In this document: in pieces, positions 31,230 through 45,230 of the stretch
How the letters are laid out: each line of letters begins with the position of its first letter
How positions within the stretch are numbered: position 1 is the stretch's first letter
Assembly: GCA_964016885.1 (NCBI GenBank)
Contig: OZ024746.1
Location: 47,802,001-47,866,000 of the forward strand
Direction: 5' to 3'
Length of the DNA stretch: 64,000 bases
Origin: Eledone cirrhosa
Lineage: Eukaryota
Notes under the pieces: generated by a model
Told to the model about the DNA's origin: nothing
The model's database searches: none
Seen by the model: the letters and a program-made list of their open reading frames with translations, nothing else
Position numbers and translations under genes: made by a program

Positions 31230-31342
31230 ATGTTGGTTTAATCTTTATTGTCTACCCAGAGGCTATTGCTACACTGAAAGGCTCTGTTTTTTGGGCTATA
31301 ATTTTCTTTGTTATGCTAACTACTCTAGGACTTGATACCACG
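31230..31342 (+). CDS. SLC6A4: SERT-like exon 6 in window (EL4, TM8)
   Basis: CAG acceptor, GTATGT donor; [38 protein letters not shown]. Confidence 0.95.
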
Positions 31343-31502
31343 GTATGTATCAACGCGCAACATGTATTTTCTTTGTATATTTAGAATTATTAAGGTTTAC
31401 TTTACATGCGTTTCTATATTTATATTGAGATATCTATGGATAGAGTTTGCTTGGCTACCCACTTATTTCCGTGAAATCCCTCTTACATTTGAAATCTGAC
31501 AA

Positions 31503-31580
<78 letters not shown>

Positions 31581-32077
31581 ACATTTACACACACATATCT
31601 ATCTATTTATCTCTCTACCACTCTCTCTCTCTATATATATATATACACACACACGTATACACACATATATATATATGTATAAATATATATGTATGTGTGT
31701 GTGTATGTGTATATATATATATATATATGGAACTCCATTACGTTTGATCGCCACCTCTACACTGGAGAGATACAGCTGACGTGGAGTGCTCTTACCTGCT
31801 TAAACCCGTTTATGAACGAGAAGTCAGTACGCTACTCTTATGGATAAACACCACACCAACTAGCAACAATATATATATATATATATCGTATTTCTCGTTC
31901 ATTCAATGTATCCAGCATGCAAAAGAAAGTTATTGTTTATGTATAAATCGTTAAAGATTAAAAAGAACCATTGTATTTTAAGTATTTTTATTTCTCTCTC
32001 GATAAAATGCTGAAAATTATGAGTAAACGTAAACCACTCTTATGACCATAAAAATGATAAATTATTTTCTGTTTCAG

Positions 32078-32206
32078 TTCGGTGGTTTGGAGGCAATATG
32101 TACCGGTATTCTAGATGAATTTCCTAAAGTCAAAAGACACCGAGAGTTGTTTGTTGCCTTCCTTATGTTATATTGTTTGTTAGGTGGCCTTGCAACAACA
32201 ACTTAT
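32078..32206 (+). CDS. SLC6A4: SERT-like exon 7 in window (TM8 end, TM9)
   Basis: CAG acceptor, GTAAGT donor; FGGLEAICTGILDEFPKVKRHRELFVAFLMLYCLLGGLATTTY. Confidence 0.95.
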
Positions 32207-33367
32207 GTAAGTCAAACCTTTTACTATTGTTTATTACTGTTGTTATACATCTTTTTCTTGTTTTTAGTATTGTATATTATTCTATTGTATTATTTATCAT
32301 GTTATTGTCATTACAAAACAATATTATACAATTTTAAATGTTATAAAAGTATCATCTTATTTTTGAACTATTGAAAATATAAGCAAGGAATAGTCTTCTT
32401 CCTTTTTTTTCTTTTCTTCACCCACTTATTCCTGAGAGGGTCGTGGGGACAGAGTCATCAAACACTCCCTCCAGCGGGTCATGTCAGAAGCAACTGTCTC
32501 CAACTGATCCGGCTGGATCCCGAAGCGTGACCAACCAAGCTCATGGATGCTATCCAACCATCTTGCTCAGGGTCTACCCATGGGTCTCCTACCTGTTGGT
32601 TTCTCCTACCTGTTGGGTTGATAAAATAAAGTACCAGTAACGCACTGAGGTCGATATAATCGACTAACCCCTCCTCCAAAATTGTTGGTCTTGTGCCTAA
32701 ACCAGAAACCATTAGGTGTATTTTAAAGATGACCCCAACATCATTTGGGCAATGCAAATAATGTAGCGTTCACGGTGGCGTTGGAGAGAGTAGAGTTTGA
32801 GCTTTTCTAGTCGACCGCAATAGTTAAGGCCCCTGACATGATATCTATCCTTTTTGTGATTCATTTTTGAGGTGCCTCACTTTTCATAATACTTTGTTTC
32901 GTGGGGGAGATCACAGTAGACAACAGTATTCAAGGTGGGACTGGGCAAAAGTAGAAAGGAAAAGGAAAATGGTGTGGATATCTTTCGAGTGGAAATTTCT
33001 GAGAATCTAGGAACACAACCTGCGGTCCATATCAACTTTGTTGTTTATATGAGTAGCCCAGCTTATGATGTCATCGACAATTATTCCCAGGACTCTGATG
33101 TTATTGGATGCCACGAGGGTTTCACCTGAGGGAAGAGAGTATCATAGTTTTAGCGCATCCCCTTTTCCATCCTCGTTCAGCAGCATATTTTTTTTCTCCG
33201 CCCATTGGATAATAGCAAGTAGATCTGATTGAAATCATGTCTGGTCTCTCACTCCATTGATGACATTCTGGAGTTTGGAATCATCTACAAAGATTCCTAT
33301 GTTGCTGTGTTTGATGGATGTCAATAATATATATATCATATATATGTTTATATATATATACATATAT

Positions 33368-33668
33368 TAGTTTTGCGAGGTTTTTGATATGAAATCGTGT
33401 GTCGAAACAAATATTGTTATACTTGGGGAGTGTCATATTTGTGTAATATTGCCAGAATTAATAACAGAACACATTCACTGTTTGGTTGGTTTTCGCCGAT
33501 ATAAAAGACACAGAAGCGAAAACAAACCAAACAGTGAGTGTGTTCTGTTATTAATTCTGGCAATATTATTACACAAATAAAGTACCAGTAATGCACTGGG
33601 GTATTGCTGGCCTTGTGCCTAAAGTAGAAACAATTATTACACAAATATGACCCTCCCCAAGTATAACA

Positions 33669-33672
<4 letters not shown>
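33368..33672. mobile_element. Fold-back remnant related to the ends of the 52.4-53.7 kb Penelope copy, interrupted by a truncated SINE
   Basis: TATTGTTATACTTGGGGAG..CCCTCCCCAAGTATAACAATA termini and shared tail; SINE 3' end at about 33578-33635. Confidence 0.75.
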
Positions 33673-33707
<35 letters not shown>

Positions 33708-33723
33708 GAGAGAAAGAGAGAGA

Positions 33724-33778
<55 letters not shown>

Positions 33779-34246
33779 ACACACACACACATATATATAT
33801 AGGTGTGTGCGTACCTGTGTGTGCCTATGTTTGCGTGTATGTGTGTGCATGTAATCTGAGAAGAACTTTCCTTTGTGTTTCTGAAATGCTGTTACGACTG
33901 AGTATAGGTTGAGCTTCAAGAATATGAATATACTCAAACATATGCATTGAGTACTTTATATCTAGAAACGATATATAATTATACAGACATAATGTATAAT
34001 TCATTATTTTTTCTTCAGTTTTTCATTCTTATCACACTTTACGTTCTTTCGCTGTTGTGTTTACATACAGGGTCTCTGTTTCATTCACTCTAACTCTTTC
34101 TCATTGCCTTTCTCTCCAGTCTACCTCTCTCCACTCTCTCTCAGTCTTTCTCTTTCTCTCTTTCTATATATATATTTCTCTCTCTCCCCCCTCTCTCTCT
34201 CTCAGTCTTTCTCTTTCTCTCTCTATTTTTCTCTCTCGCTCTCTAT

Positions 34247-34330
<84 letters not shown>

Positions 34331-34642
34331 CTTTCCTCCTCTCCTTATCTCTCCCTTTCCTTCAAACAAACATCAACAGAAACTATTTAAATATAATCAG
34401 AAATAATTATTTAACTGCCTTGTTGCTGTATCCTTTATCTTCTTCATATTCTTATTGTTTTGCAACTGTTATATTTCCTGTTATTATTGTTTGGCATCGA
34501 ATAAATAAATGAATAAAGAAATCATTATTATTTGGCATCGATCTAATATTGATGTTGTTTCTGTTGCTGTTGTTTCATTTTCTTATTTTTGTTTTATCTT
34601 TATCTTTATGTTTACCGTTGTCATTTGTTTCACCCTCTCTCT

Positions 34643-34736
<94 letters not shown>

Positions 34737-34844
34737 ATCTTCAGGTTTTATGTATTTATTTTGTTTATTTTTCTATCTCTCCTCTCTCTCCTCTCTCTCC
34801 TCTCTCTCTCATCTCTCTTCTCTTTACTTCTCATCACTTGTTTG

Positions 34845-35540
34845 TTTCTCTCTCTTCTCTCTCTTTCTTTACCTTTCATCGCTTGTGTTTTCTCTCTCAT
34901 CTCTCTTCTCTCTCCTCTCTTTACCTTTCATCGCCTGTGTTTTTCTCTCTCATCTCTCTTCTCTCACCTTTCTTTACCTTTCATCGCTTGTGTTTTCTCT
35001 CTCATCTCTCTTCTCTCTCCTCTCTTTACCTTTCATCGCCTGTGTTTTTCTTTCTCATCTCTCTTCTCTCTCCTCTCTTTACCTTTCATCGCCTGTGTTT
35101 TTCTCTCTCATCTCTCTTCTCTCACCTCTCTTTACCTTTCATCGCCTGTGTTTTTCTCTCTCATCTCTCTTCTCTCTCCTCTCTTTACTTTTCATCGCCT
35201 GTGTTTTTCTCTCTCATCTCTCTTCTCTCACCTCTCTTTACTTTTCATCGCCTGTGTTTTTCTCTCTCATCTCTCTTCTCTCTCCTCTTTTTACCTTTCA
35301 TCGCCTGTGTTTTTCTCTCTCATCTCTCTTCTCTCTCCTCTCTTTACCTTTCATCGCTTGTGTTTTTCTCTCTCATCTCTCTTCTCTCTCCTCTCTTTAC
35401 CTTTCATCGCTTGTGTTTTTCTCTCTCATCTCTCTTCTCTCTCCTCTCTTTACCTTTCATCGCCTGTGTTTTTCTTTCTCATCTCTCTTCTCTCTCCTCT
35501 CTTTACCTTTCATCGCCTGTGTTTTTCTCTCTCATCTCTC
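34845..35540. repeat. 53-bp pyrimidine-rich minisatellite, about 13 copies
   Basis: Unit CTCTCTCATCTCTCTTCTCTCTCCTCTCTTTACCTTTCATCGCCTGTGTTTTT. Confidence 0.93.
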
Positions 35541-36369
35541 TCCCCTCTCTCTCTTCTCTCACTTTTCTCTCCTCACTCTCTTCTCTCTCCTCTCTCTCCT
35601 CTCTCTCCTCTCTCTTCACTCTCTTCTCTACGTTTCATCGCTTGCTTGTATCTCTCTCTCCTCTCTCTTTACGTTTCAGCTTGTTTGTATCTCTCTCTCC
35701 TCTCTCTCTTCTCTCTCTTCTCCCTCCTCTCTCTCCTCTCTCTTCTAGCTCATCTCTTTACGTTTCATCGCTTGTTTGTTTCTGATTTCGTTTTTGTTTG
35801 TGTCTGTTTCTTTGTTTCACATCAATGAGAAAAAAATTACATCGGGCGAAATTGGTTGGATCCAAATACTTCTCCTTCTCGCACATACCTATGTATGTGT
35901 ATGTGATTCCTCTCAGTGTTTCCGTATTTATGTGTATGTATAATATTTGATTGTGTTTTTGTTTTTGTTTGTGTTTTTTCTAGAATACATTTGTGTGTAA
36001 ATGTCTGTAAGTGTGTACGTGTTTGTGTGCGTCTGGCAAATTCATAAATATTCAAAGGAAATTCCATCGGTTTAAACGAAGCAATTTAGTGTCTTGATTC
36101 CGAAGATTACATTGGAATGACCTGATAGATGGCGTCTCGGTCCGAATTTTAATCAGTGAAACGTAAACGGAGACAGCAATGAACGTCAGGAGAGGGAGAA
36201 GGCGCAGCTGAGCATTAAAGTGAAAGTAGCAAAGAAAGAAAAAAGCAGAGTTATTGGAAGTTTATTCGTAATCCTTTAATGACACCAAGATTCCCTCCAA
36301 TTAGTTTAATACATGATAAGATAATGGCAATGGCATGTCATGCATACATACTTGCTTGCTTACCGGTGC

Positions 36370-36419
<50 letters not shown>

Positions 36420-36489
36420 GCGTACATAAAATAATGTATACATATATACATCCATATGCCAGTATGTATTTGCACACGCACGCACACAC

Positions 36490-36583
<94 letters not shown>

Positions 36584-36711
36584 TGTACATCTGTACATAC
36601 GTACACGCCGATGCAAATACGCACGCACATATATATGCTTGTATGTATGTGACTATGTATATTTACATGTATTTATAAAGAGATTGAGAAAGTCGACTTA
36701 ATATAGAGAAA

Positions 36712-37340
36712 GAGAGATCAGAAAAGGAGAATAATAGAGAGAGCGAGATCAGAAAAGGAGAATAATATATAGAGAGAGAGATCAGAAAAGGAGAATAATA
36801 TATAGAGAGAGAGATCAGAAAAGGAGAATAATATATAGAGAGAGAGATCAGAAAAGGAGAATAATATATAGAGAGCGAGATCAGAAAAGGAGAATAATAT
36901 ATATAGAGAGAGATCAGAAAAGGAGAATAATAGAGAGAGAGAGAGATCAGAAAAGGAGAATAATATATAGAGAGAGAGATCAGAAAAGGAGAAAAATAGA
37001 GAGAGAGAGAGATCAGAAAAGGAGAATAATATATAGAGAGAGAGATCAGAAAAGGAGAATAATAGAGAGAGAGAGATCAGAAAAGGAGAATAATATATAG
37101 AGAGAGAGATCAGAAAAGGAGAATAATATATAGAGAGAGAGATCAGAAAAGGAGAATAATATATAGAGAGAGAGATCAGAAAAAGAGAATAATATATAGA
37201 GAGAGAGATCAGAAAAGGAGAATAATAGAGAGATCGAGAGATCAGAAAAGGAGAATAATAGAGAGAGAGAGAGAGAGATCAGAAAAGGTGAATAATATAT
37301 AGAGAGAGAGATCAGAAAAGGAGAATAATATATAGAGAGA
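36712..37340. repeat. About 33-bp purine-rich minisatellite, about 19 copies
   Basis: Unit GATCAGAAAAGGAGAATAATATATAGAGAGAGA. Confidence 0.93.
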
Positions 37341-37773
37341 GCCATCCAAATGGTTCTACACATTTGTTGACGATTCCCCAATTAAAAATATCTTTGTTCT
37401 TACCCTCTATATGTATGTATACATGTATGTATGTATGTACATATGTATGTACGTACGTACGTTTGTATGTATGTATATATGTATGTACATATGTATGTAT
37501 GTACGTACGTACGTTTGTATGTATGTATATATGTATGTATATACATATGTATGTATGTATGTACGTACGTTTGTATGTATGTATATATATGTATGCACGC
37601 ATGTAAGGATGGATAGAAGGAAAGTTGGATGTATGTAAGAATACATGGATATGGGTGTGTGTTTGTTTGTGTGCGCAAATGAGCATATATATGTGTATAC
37701 GTATATATATGTGTGTGTGTGGGGGGGGGTGTATACGTAAATATATATATATGTGTGTGTGTGTGTGTATACG

Positions 37774-37806
<33 letters not shown>

Positions 37807-38187
37807 ATACGTATATATATATATATATGTAGATAAATCTACCAAGAGTTTACGGTAGTGTCCAATTATTTCTGAAGACGGCATATATATGAGTTGGTAT
37901 GTATATTTAATTTTGATAGTTTGTATAATTTTGTATAATTTTGTACATAGATCTGTTAAATATACATGCCAATTCTAACACATATATATCCCAGAAACGA
38001 TCGTTAAATAATGAACTTTTTTTGTTTAATATAAGGAACTGTTTCATTGTTTTATTCATTATTTTTTTAATATTTTATATATATATATATATATTTATTA
38101 AAATAACAGATTAAAGTTTAAGCAAAGAATCGCTTTGGATTTTAGTCTTCAAATTTATTATTACTATATATAGATATATATATATAT

Positions 38188-38335
<148 letters not shown>

Positions 38336-38539
38336 AGAGAGTGAGAAAGAGTAAAAATAGATCGAAGACCATATGCAGTTGTATTTAGGTTTATTTTTAT
38401 CTCGCTAAGGTGTATGGTTTGATAATTTTCATCTTACGAATTCCGATTGCCTAAAATGTGGTTTGCCCGATATTATGATATATATGTAATATATATATAT
38501 TATGTGGTTTGCCCCATATTATGATATATATGTAATATA

Positions 38540-38616
<77 letters not shown>

Positions 38617-38939
38617 GTATATATATATATATATATATATACGTATAGTAATAATAATAAAATTGAAGACTAAAATCCAAAGAGGGCTCGATAAGGATAA
38701 ATATATATCAAATATATAAGAACCGTAGAGCAAATCTGTTATTTTAATAAATATATATACGTATATATATATATATATATATGGACGTGAGTCTACATGT
38801 GAGAACACATATCTAGGAAGCTTCCGATTCCAGAGTCGGGAACGAACATGATTTAATCGTTCCTCGAGCTGATCGGGAGTGAAACATATGTAATTAAATA
38901 TGTATATGATGCAATACTGATTCTTTGTTTCCTATTTAT

Positions 38940-38970
<31 letters not shown>

Positions 38971-39089
38971 TTGTGTGTGAGAGAGTCCCGGGTTCAATCG
39001 GAGGTTGCTTGTTCTATCTATTTGTTTTACTAGTTTTGTTCTTGTGTCTCTGTATGTCTTTATCTTATCCTGAGTTACTAGTTATGATG

Positions 39090-39610
39090 CTATTACACTC
39101 ATTTTTTCTGTTTAGTTTTGGTTGGAGTTCGTTAAAGTTTATCGCTTCTGTAATATGTCGGAACACTGCGCCTGTTTGTGGATATGATTTTTATCTCGAT
39201 GTTCTCTAGTGTGCGCCCATATTCCATTCTGCCATGTTGGTGGAGTACTGATGAATCTTTCCCATCTCGGACTTCTTGCCAGAGTTCGTTTCTCCTATGC
39301 TACAGGCTGTCTCACCTATGTATGTCGCGTTCCTATTTCTACACTGACCCTCCGTACATCTTATGCTATATACTACTTTCCGAGTTTTACAGTTAATTTG
39401 TGGGCTTAATTTGCAGACTATATATTTTTTATCAGTGCAGGCGCTTTTCTCAAAAGGGTTTGTTCTACTAATTAGGGCTTGTATACGAATACGTGTTCTG
39501 TCTACTATATTAATATTTAATTTTAGTTTGTCTAGAGCCTTTCTAAATCTGTAAGCTAATTCGTCTCTGGGGTGCATTGACGAACATTACACTCTGGTAT
39601 TTACTGTTGT
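39090..39610 (-). pseudogene. Frameshifted Penelope-like GIY-YIG endonuclease fragment
   Basis: NCKTRKVVYSIRCTEGQCRNRNATYIGETA; clearly homologous to the 52.7-kb ORF. Confidence 0.85.
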
Positions 39611-40357
39611 CTCCAACCAAAACTAAACAAAAAAAAATATATGTGTAAATATTCACTTACGAATTTAACACAAACCATATACACCCCCCTCCCCCCACAC
39701 ACAAATATATATATATATATGAATTTATTTTACCATCTTAGGCAAACACTCGTGGATTAATCATTACGAAAGTTAAACGTATGCTAGACTACGAAACGGC
39801 GTCTTCCTTAAATCTTAATCCATCTTATTATATTATAATGGTTCGAGAAGAATAACAAGAAGATAAATAAAGATTACATAAACTCATTGTTTCGCTGTTT
39901 AATAAAATATGCTGCACTTTTTTCTAATAGTCACGTACGCAGAATTAATAAGATTTGGGAAAACCTTTGCTGTCAACAACCTAACCTTATCATTCGTTTA
40001 AGATTACCCCCACATCGTTGTTAGTGTTGAATTTCGAGGACAGAACATGCCTAAGTGAAAAAAAGGCTGATGCCTCCCTCCAAACCCCCGAAATAACAAC
40101 AACAACAACAGCAGCAGCACGTTGCCTGCCATACCCCAGGACCGTCGAAACAACAACAATAGCACGTTGCCGGGTGAGGGCTGTCTAATGCAACCGTGAG
40201 GAATATGGACTTAAGTCAAGCTAATGAGGAAACTTACTTGAAATAGCTGGCTAATTTCTCTCATGGATCAGCCGTTTGTCTTAAAATAGGATGGAAGATG
40301 AATTGGAAAAGTATGGTTCTTGATATTCTGTCCGAAATATTCACGAACAATCTACTA

Positions 40358-40420
<63 letters not shown>

Positions 40421-40787
40421 TAAGTTGGTCGAATTAATCATTCAAGTTAAACCTATTATTATTATCCTGTTAGTTTAACTAATTGTCAAGTTTAAAGAAA
40501 TTAGTCGTGTTATTTTAATTGATTAATCGAGTTAATTTGATTATGTTATTTTAATTGATTGACTTGGTTTAATCAATAAATAATGTTAGTTTTATCAATT
40601 AATCATGTTAGTTAAGTTAATTACTGTATATACTCGAATATAAATCGACCCGTATTTTATGTCTGAGAAATGGACAAAAGATCCCAACCCGCACCTATGG
40701 CGCTGTTTTGAAATTCTCATGAGTAGAAAACATATCTAAGAAGTTTTGTTATTTTGATATTTAAAATGCTTTACGTGTCGTTTAGAG

Positions 40788-40996
40788 CCGTGGTTCCTAA
40801 CCTTTTTTTTAGCTCATGGTCCACTTTGAACCCAGAATTTTTCTGCGGCCCATGAAATTATTATAGTGTAAAAAAAAAAATACTTCCAGTTTACAGTATC
40901 TTACATGGCCTAGTAAAAGTTATAAAATTTCTGTGGACCACCTGAAATTTGCCATGGCCCATTTTAGCCAATGTGGCCATAGGTTAGAAAACACTA
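40788..40996. mobile_element. hAT (Charlie-like) MITE
   Basis: CCGTGGTTCCTAACCT..AGGTTAGAAAACACTA with exact 8-bp TSD GTTTAGAG. Confidence 0.8.
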
Positions 40997-42009
40997 GTTT
41001 AGAGTATAATTTTTGTTTCACAAATCCATAACGTAATGGCTTTAGAAGGGAGGGAGAGAGGCAGAGCGAGAAAAGAGGAGTGCGAAAGCGAGAGAAGAGA
41101 AGGAGAGAGAACGAAATAAAACAAAACACTACTGAAAGAAATAGTATAATTACGTAAGTCACAGAGAAAAACTGTTGGCACACATATGTCTATGTATGCA
41201 TGTGCGTGTATGCGTTTATGGTTAGGGGATATTTATGTGCTAAACAATTCAAATAATGGTTTCTTATATAGGCACAAGGCCAGCAATTTTGGGGGAGGGG
41301 AAAGTCGATTAGATCGACCCCAGTGCGTGACTGGTTCTTTATTTTATCGACCCCGTAAGGATGAAAGGCAAAGTTGACTTCGGCGGAATTTGAACTCAGA
41401 TCATGGCCTCCGACGCTCTACTGATACTGCCAATCCACCGCCCTAAACAGTTCAAATAATAAAATGATAAAGGAAATGTAGAAAAACTATTTCATGGTGA
41501 AATAATTACTCCAGATAGTTTAGCACCTTATTTACGTAGAATTTGAAGTTGGTGAAAATCGTCAAAATATTGATCCTTAATATAGCCGCCCACCAATTTA
41601 CCATCGATATTTTTGGTTACATAATTCTTCGGCTTATATTGGAGTATTTACGGTAATCGTGTGGCATCAATTGACTAATTATTCTATATTAACTTACCTT
41701 GTTATTGAATATTCCCCCAAACAAGGTCAGCCTTGCCTGCCATCACCCAGGATCGCCGAAACAAAAAAACAGTTATGCAATTGACTTATCCTCCTCGCAA
41801 AAAGGACTGAAAATGTATCTCATAAAAAATATCGAATGTTTACCAGTTTCATATATAGATACGTATATGTAAAAAAAGGCAAGGAGCCTTAATTCCTGGT
41901 GGAATCGTGGGGGCACCACCCTAGGACATGTCATGTCTTGGGCATTTAAAACTTGGCAGGCCCCTGTCCTCACCAGGCCGGAACACAGTCAATTTCTCCC
42001 AGAGAAATT

Positions 42010-42082
<73 letters not shown>

Positions 42083-42624
42083 TGTGTGTGTGTGTGCGTG
42101 CGTGCGCGCGTGTGTGACAGAGAGAGAGAAAGAATGAGAGTGAGAGAGAGAAGGGGGGATAATCGATCCCAGTACTGGCACATTCGCCGAGGTTAACTTT
42201 GCTTTTCATCCTTACGGGATCGATAACATAAAGTACCAGTAATGCACTGGAATAATGCTGGCCTTGCGACAAAAGTAGAAACAATTATTTATTGACCAGA
42301 AAATGATGAAAATGCGGTTGACATCGGCCGGATTCGGACTCAGGGCAGAAAAAAATAGTGAAGAATTTTTAATCCGACACCTCAAACGATTCTGCTTATC
42401 TACCTCTTTGCTACTAAAAAATATATTTGTATGAGAGAGATAAAAACACACACTACACATACTGATACACACACATACTGACACACACACATACACAACA
42501 CACACTACAGATACACACACGCGCACGCAGAAATAAATATATTCACAAGAGTACAAAAGACTTGCTCTTTTCATACATTTTCCTTTACTAATGCCTTGTT
42601 TCATATCTATTTCCTTTTCTTCAG

Positions 42625-42724
42625 GGTGGCGTATACGTGGTCCAGCTATTAGATACTTATGGCGCCCCAATATCTATATTGTTTGTTGTCTTTCTGGAAT
42701 CCGTAGCAGTTTCTTGGATTTATG
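42625..42724 (+). CDS. SLC6A4: SERT-like exon 8 in window (TM10)
   Basis: Polypyrimidine tract + CAG acceptor, GTGAAT donor; [33 protein letters not shown]. Confidence 0.94.
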
Positions 42725-42747
42725 GTGAATATCTATCTATCTATTTG

Positions 42748-42860
<113 letters not shown>

Positions 42861-42910
42861 TTATCTATAAATCAATATACCTATCTGTCTGCCTGTCTAT
42901 CTCTGATTAT

Positions 42911-42976
<66 letters not shown>

Positions 42977-43473
42977 CAAACCGCCACCCTCCTTCAAAAA
43001 CGAAGGAGAGGCGGTTTTCCTTTGTGTGATAGCTCTGGCGAAAGAGGTTATATGGTGGACGAGGTTAAAAGGGCTGAGGTCAGACACCTTTCTCTCCGGC
43101 CAACAACTGATTCTTTTTTTCAAATACCACTTTGGAAGAAGAATCAGGATGGAGAGAGAGGTGCTGTACCCCAGCAAGTTTTATGAAAGGTGGGTGAAAG
43201 TGGCGAGAATGGCCCGAGTGAATGGGCCTTCTCTCTATATCAGCCTGTAGGTTGAGGAAAAAGAGGATGCTGGCCATTGTGTATCCTGGAGATGAGGGTT
43301 GCACATTTTTTCGGGGGTATGTGTTACCCATATGAAATGTATCCCCTATTGGGGAAAATCGATTAATTTTTAAAATGCATTTGTGATAGTATTTTACACG
43401 TTTTTATTGTATGTAAACTTCCCCCTTTGTATTTGTCCCCTTCTTTTGTGCCCCTGTGGCTAATAAAGAAACA
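42977..43473 (+). mobile_element. 3' end of a Tx1/L1-type LINE inserted in (TATC)n
   Basis: ORF end [18 protein letters not shown] resembles Tx1 ORF2 C-termini; 3' UTR ends CCCCTGTGGCTAATAAAGAAAC; (TATC)n on both sides. Confidence 0.65.
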
Positions 43474-43542
<69 letters not shown>

Positions 43543-43958
43543 GTCTGTGTGTCTATTATATTGAGATTCCCGATCTACGTATCTAGACATAATATAAAGA
43601 AGTAATAGTTAAATTGGAATTTCGTTAGAAACTGTATTGAATTGCTCTTGTTTACTCTAAATGACACCTGTATTAATAATGGTCTTTTTTTTAAGCAGAT
43701 GTCAGTTTTTGTATGAGTAACGTAAAGAAATTTGAGATTGAGATTAAAGTCCAAAATACTGTGTGAGAAAGTATTACAAAAAGAACAGAAGTATGGATAT
43801 TAAACATGTGTAAATTTACAAGCCAACAATACATACCTACATAGACATACATATACATACATATATACATACATACAGACAGACATACGCACATACATAC
43901 ATACATACATACATGCATACATACATACAAACACATAAGCACGTACGTATGTATATAT

Positions 43959-44023
<65 letters not shown>

Positions 44024-44043
44024 CATACATACACATAAGTACG

Positions 44044-44101
<58 letters not shown>

Positions 44102-44922
44102 CATACATACATACATACATACATACATACATACATACGCACTTACATACATATGTATGTAAAAGTAAACAAAACTAACGAGGCAAACAGCACGGTACAA
44201 TGAAGAAAAATATTAGTTAAAAGCTTGAAATAATACGAACATTTTTTCGGACACTAGTCCTTCATAAGAAGATAGAATGAGAAATAAATGATCAAATAGA
44301 AAGGTTTTCAACTAGCAATAAAAAGAGTGAAAAGATAAAGCAATGGCAAGAAAAAAGAAAAGACACACGTGCGTGTTCAGTCAGCCATTTTAGAGAGATG
44401 CTGGTCATTGTGTATCCTTGGCGTCAACTCCCTATCGTGTTTGACCACATATCGCGAGCCCTTCATGTTTCACTTAAAATATGTTCCTCTCTGTCACGGA
44501 TTCTTTCAATGACGAAGACCCCTCACCTAAACATCAATAACACTTCAGCATATGACGCAGTCGCATACGCTGTCAGAGAATTCCAACTGCCCCAGTTCAT
44601 AAAACATTTTCCGTGTGTGCTCACAAATGAGGAAACTATGAAAGTGGTGGTGTTTCATTGCTGCCGAAGCGTAGCATCCAGTGATTGCCTTAACTAAATA
44701 TTCACTGCCTGGTTTCGGATACCTTTCCAATCCAAAACAATAATAACGTCCACTTTGATCGAGAAATCCTACGACCAAAGGTGTTCCGTCATTGACCATT
44801 ACATTATTTCAGGTATACTGTGTGTGTACAGACTATATAATCTGATATATTTTTTCGTTTTGGGAACGTTAATTATTTGTTATTTGTGTGTTTAGTTGGA
44901 TTCAAATTTGTTATGTTAGTTT

Positions 44923-45230
44923 AAACTGCGCTGGTACGGACATGTCCTCAGCTTCCCACCAGGTCATCCTTCCAGGACTTTACTCTCGTTCGACGCAGCA
45001 GCTGCGGGTTGGAATAGGCCCCGTGGCAGGCTTCGCATCGGGTGACTGGTTGTGATTAAGGAAGATCTCCAGAGGCTCGACGTCACCTTGGAGGATGCAG
45101 AAAAGCTGGCACGGGACCGCCAGCGATAGAGGGCACAGGTAGACCTGGTCGGCTCAACGCGCGATGACACCTCTGGAATCGCTGACCTAGGATGATTCCA
45201 GTCCCATCGAGCAAAAACAAGAAGACAGAA
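44923..45230 (+). mobile_element. Degenerate RTE-clade LINE 3' end
   Basis: KLRWYGHVL..WNRPRGRLR..IKEDLQRL..LARDRQR, then short AAG-type tail. Confidence 0.7.

Noticed and set aside
34509-35828. Three overlapping ORFs of about 400 aa (longest in the track)
   Set aside because: Stop-free CT-rich minisatellite open in all three frames; intronic, low complexity
36712-37340. CRISPR-like regular repeat
   Set aside because: No unique spacers, eukaryotic intron, no cas genes
44398-44830. Complex-looking short ORFs in an intron
   Set aside because: No recognisable motif; other frames have stops; probably an unclassified repeat fragment
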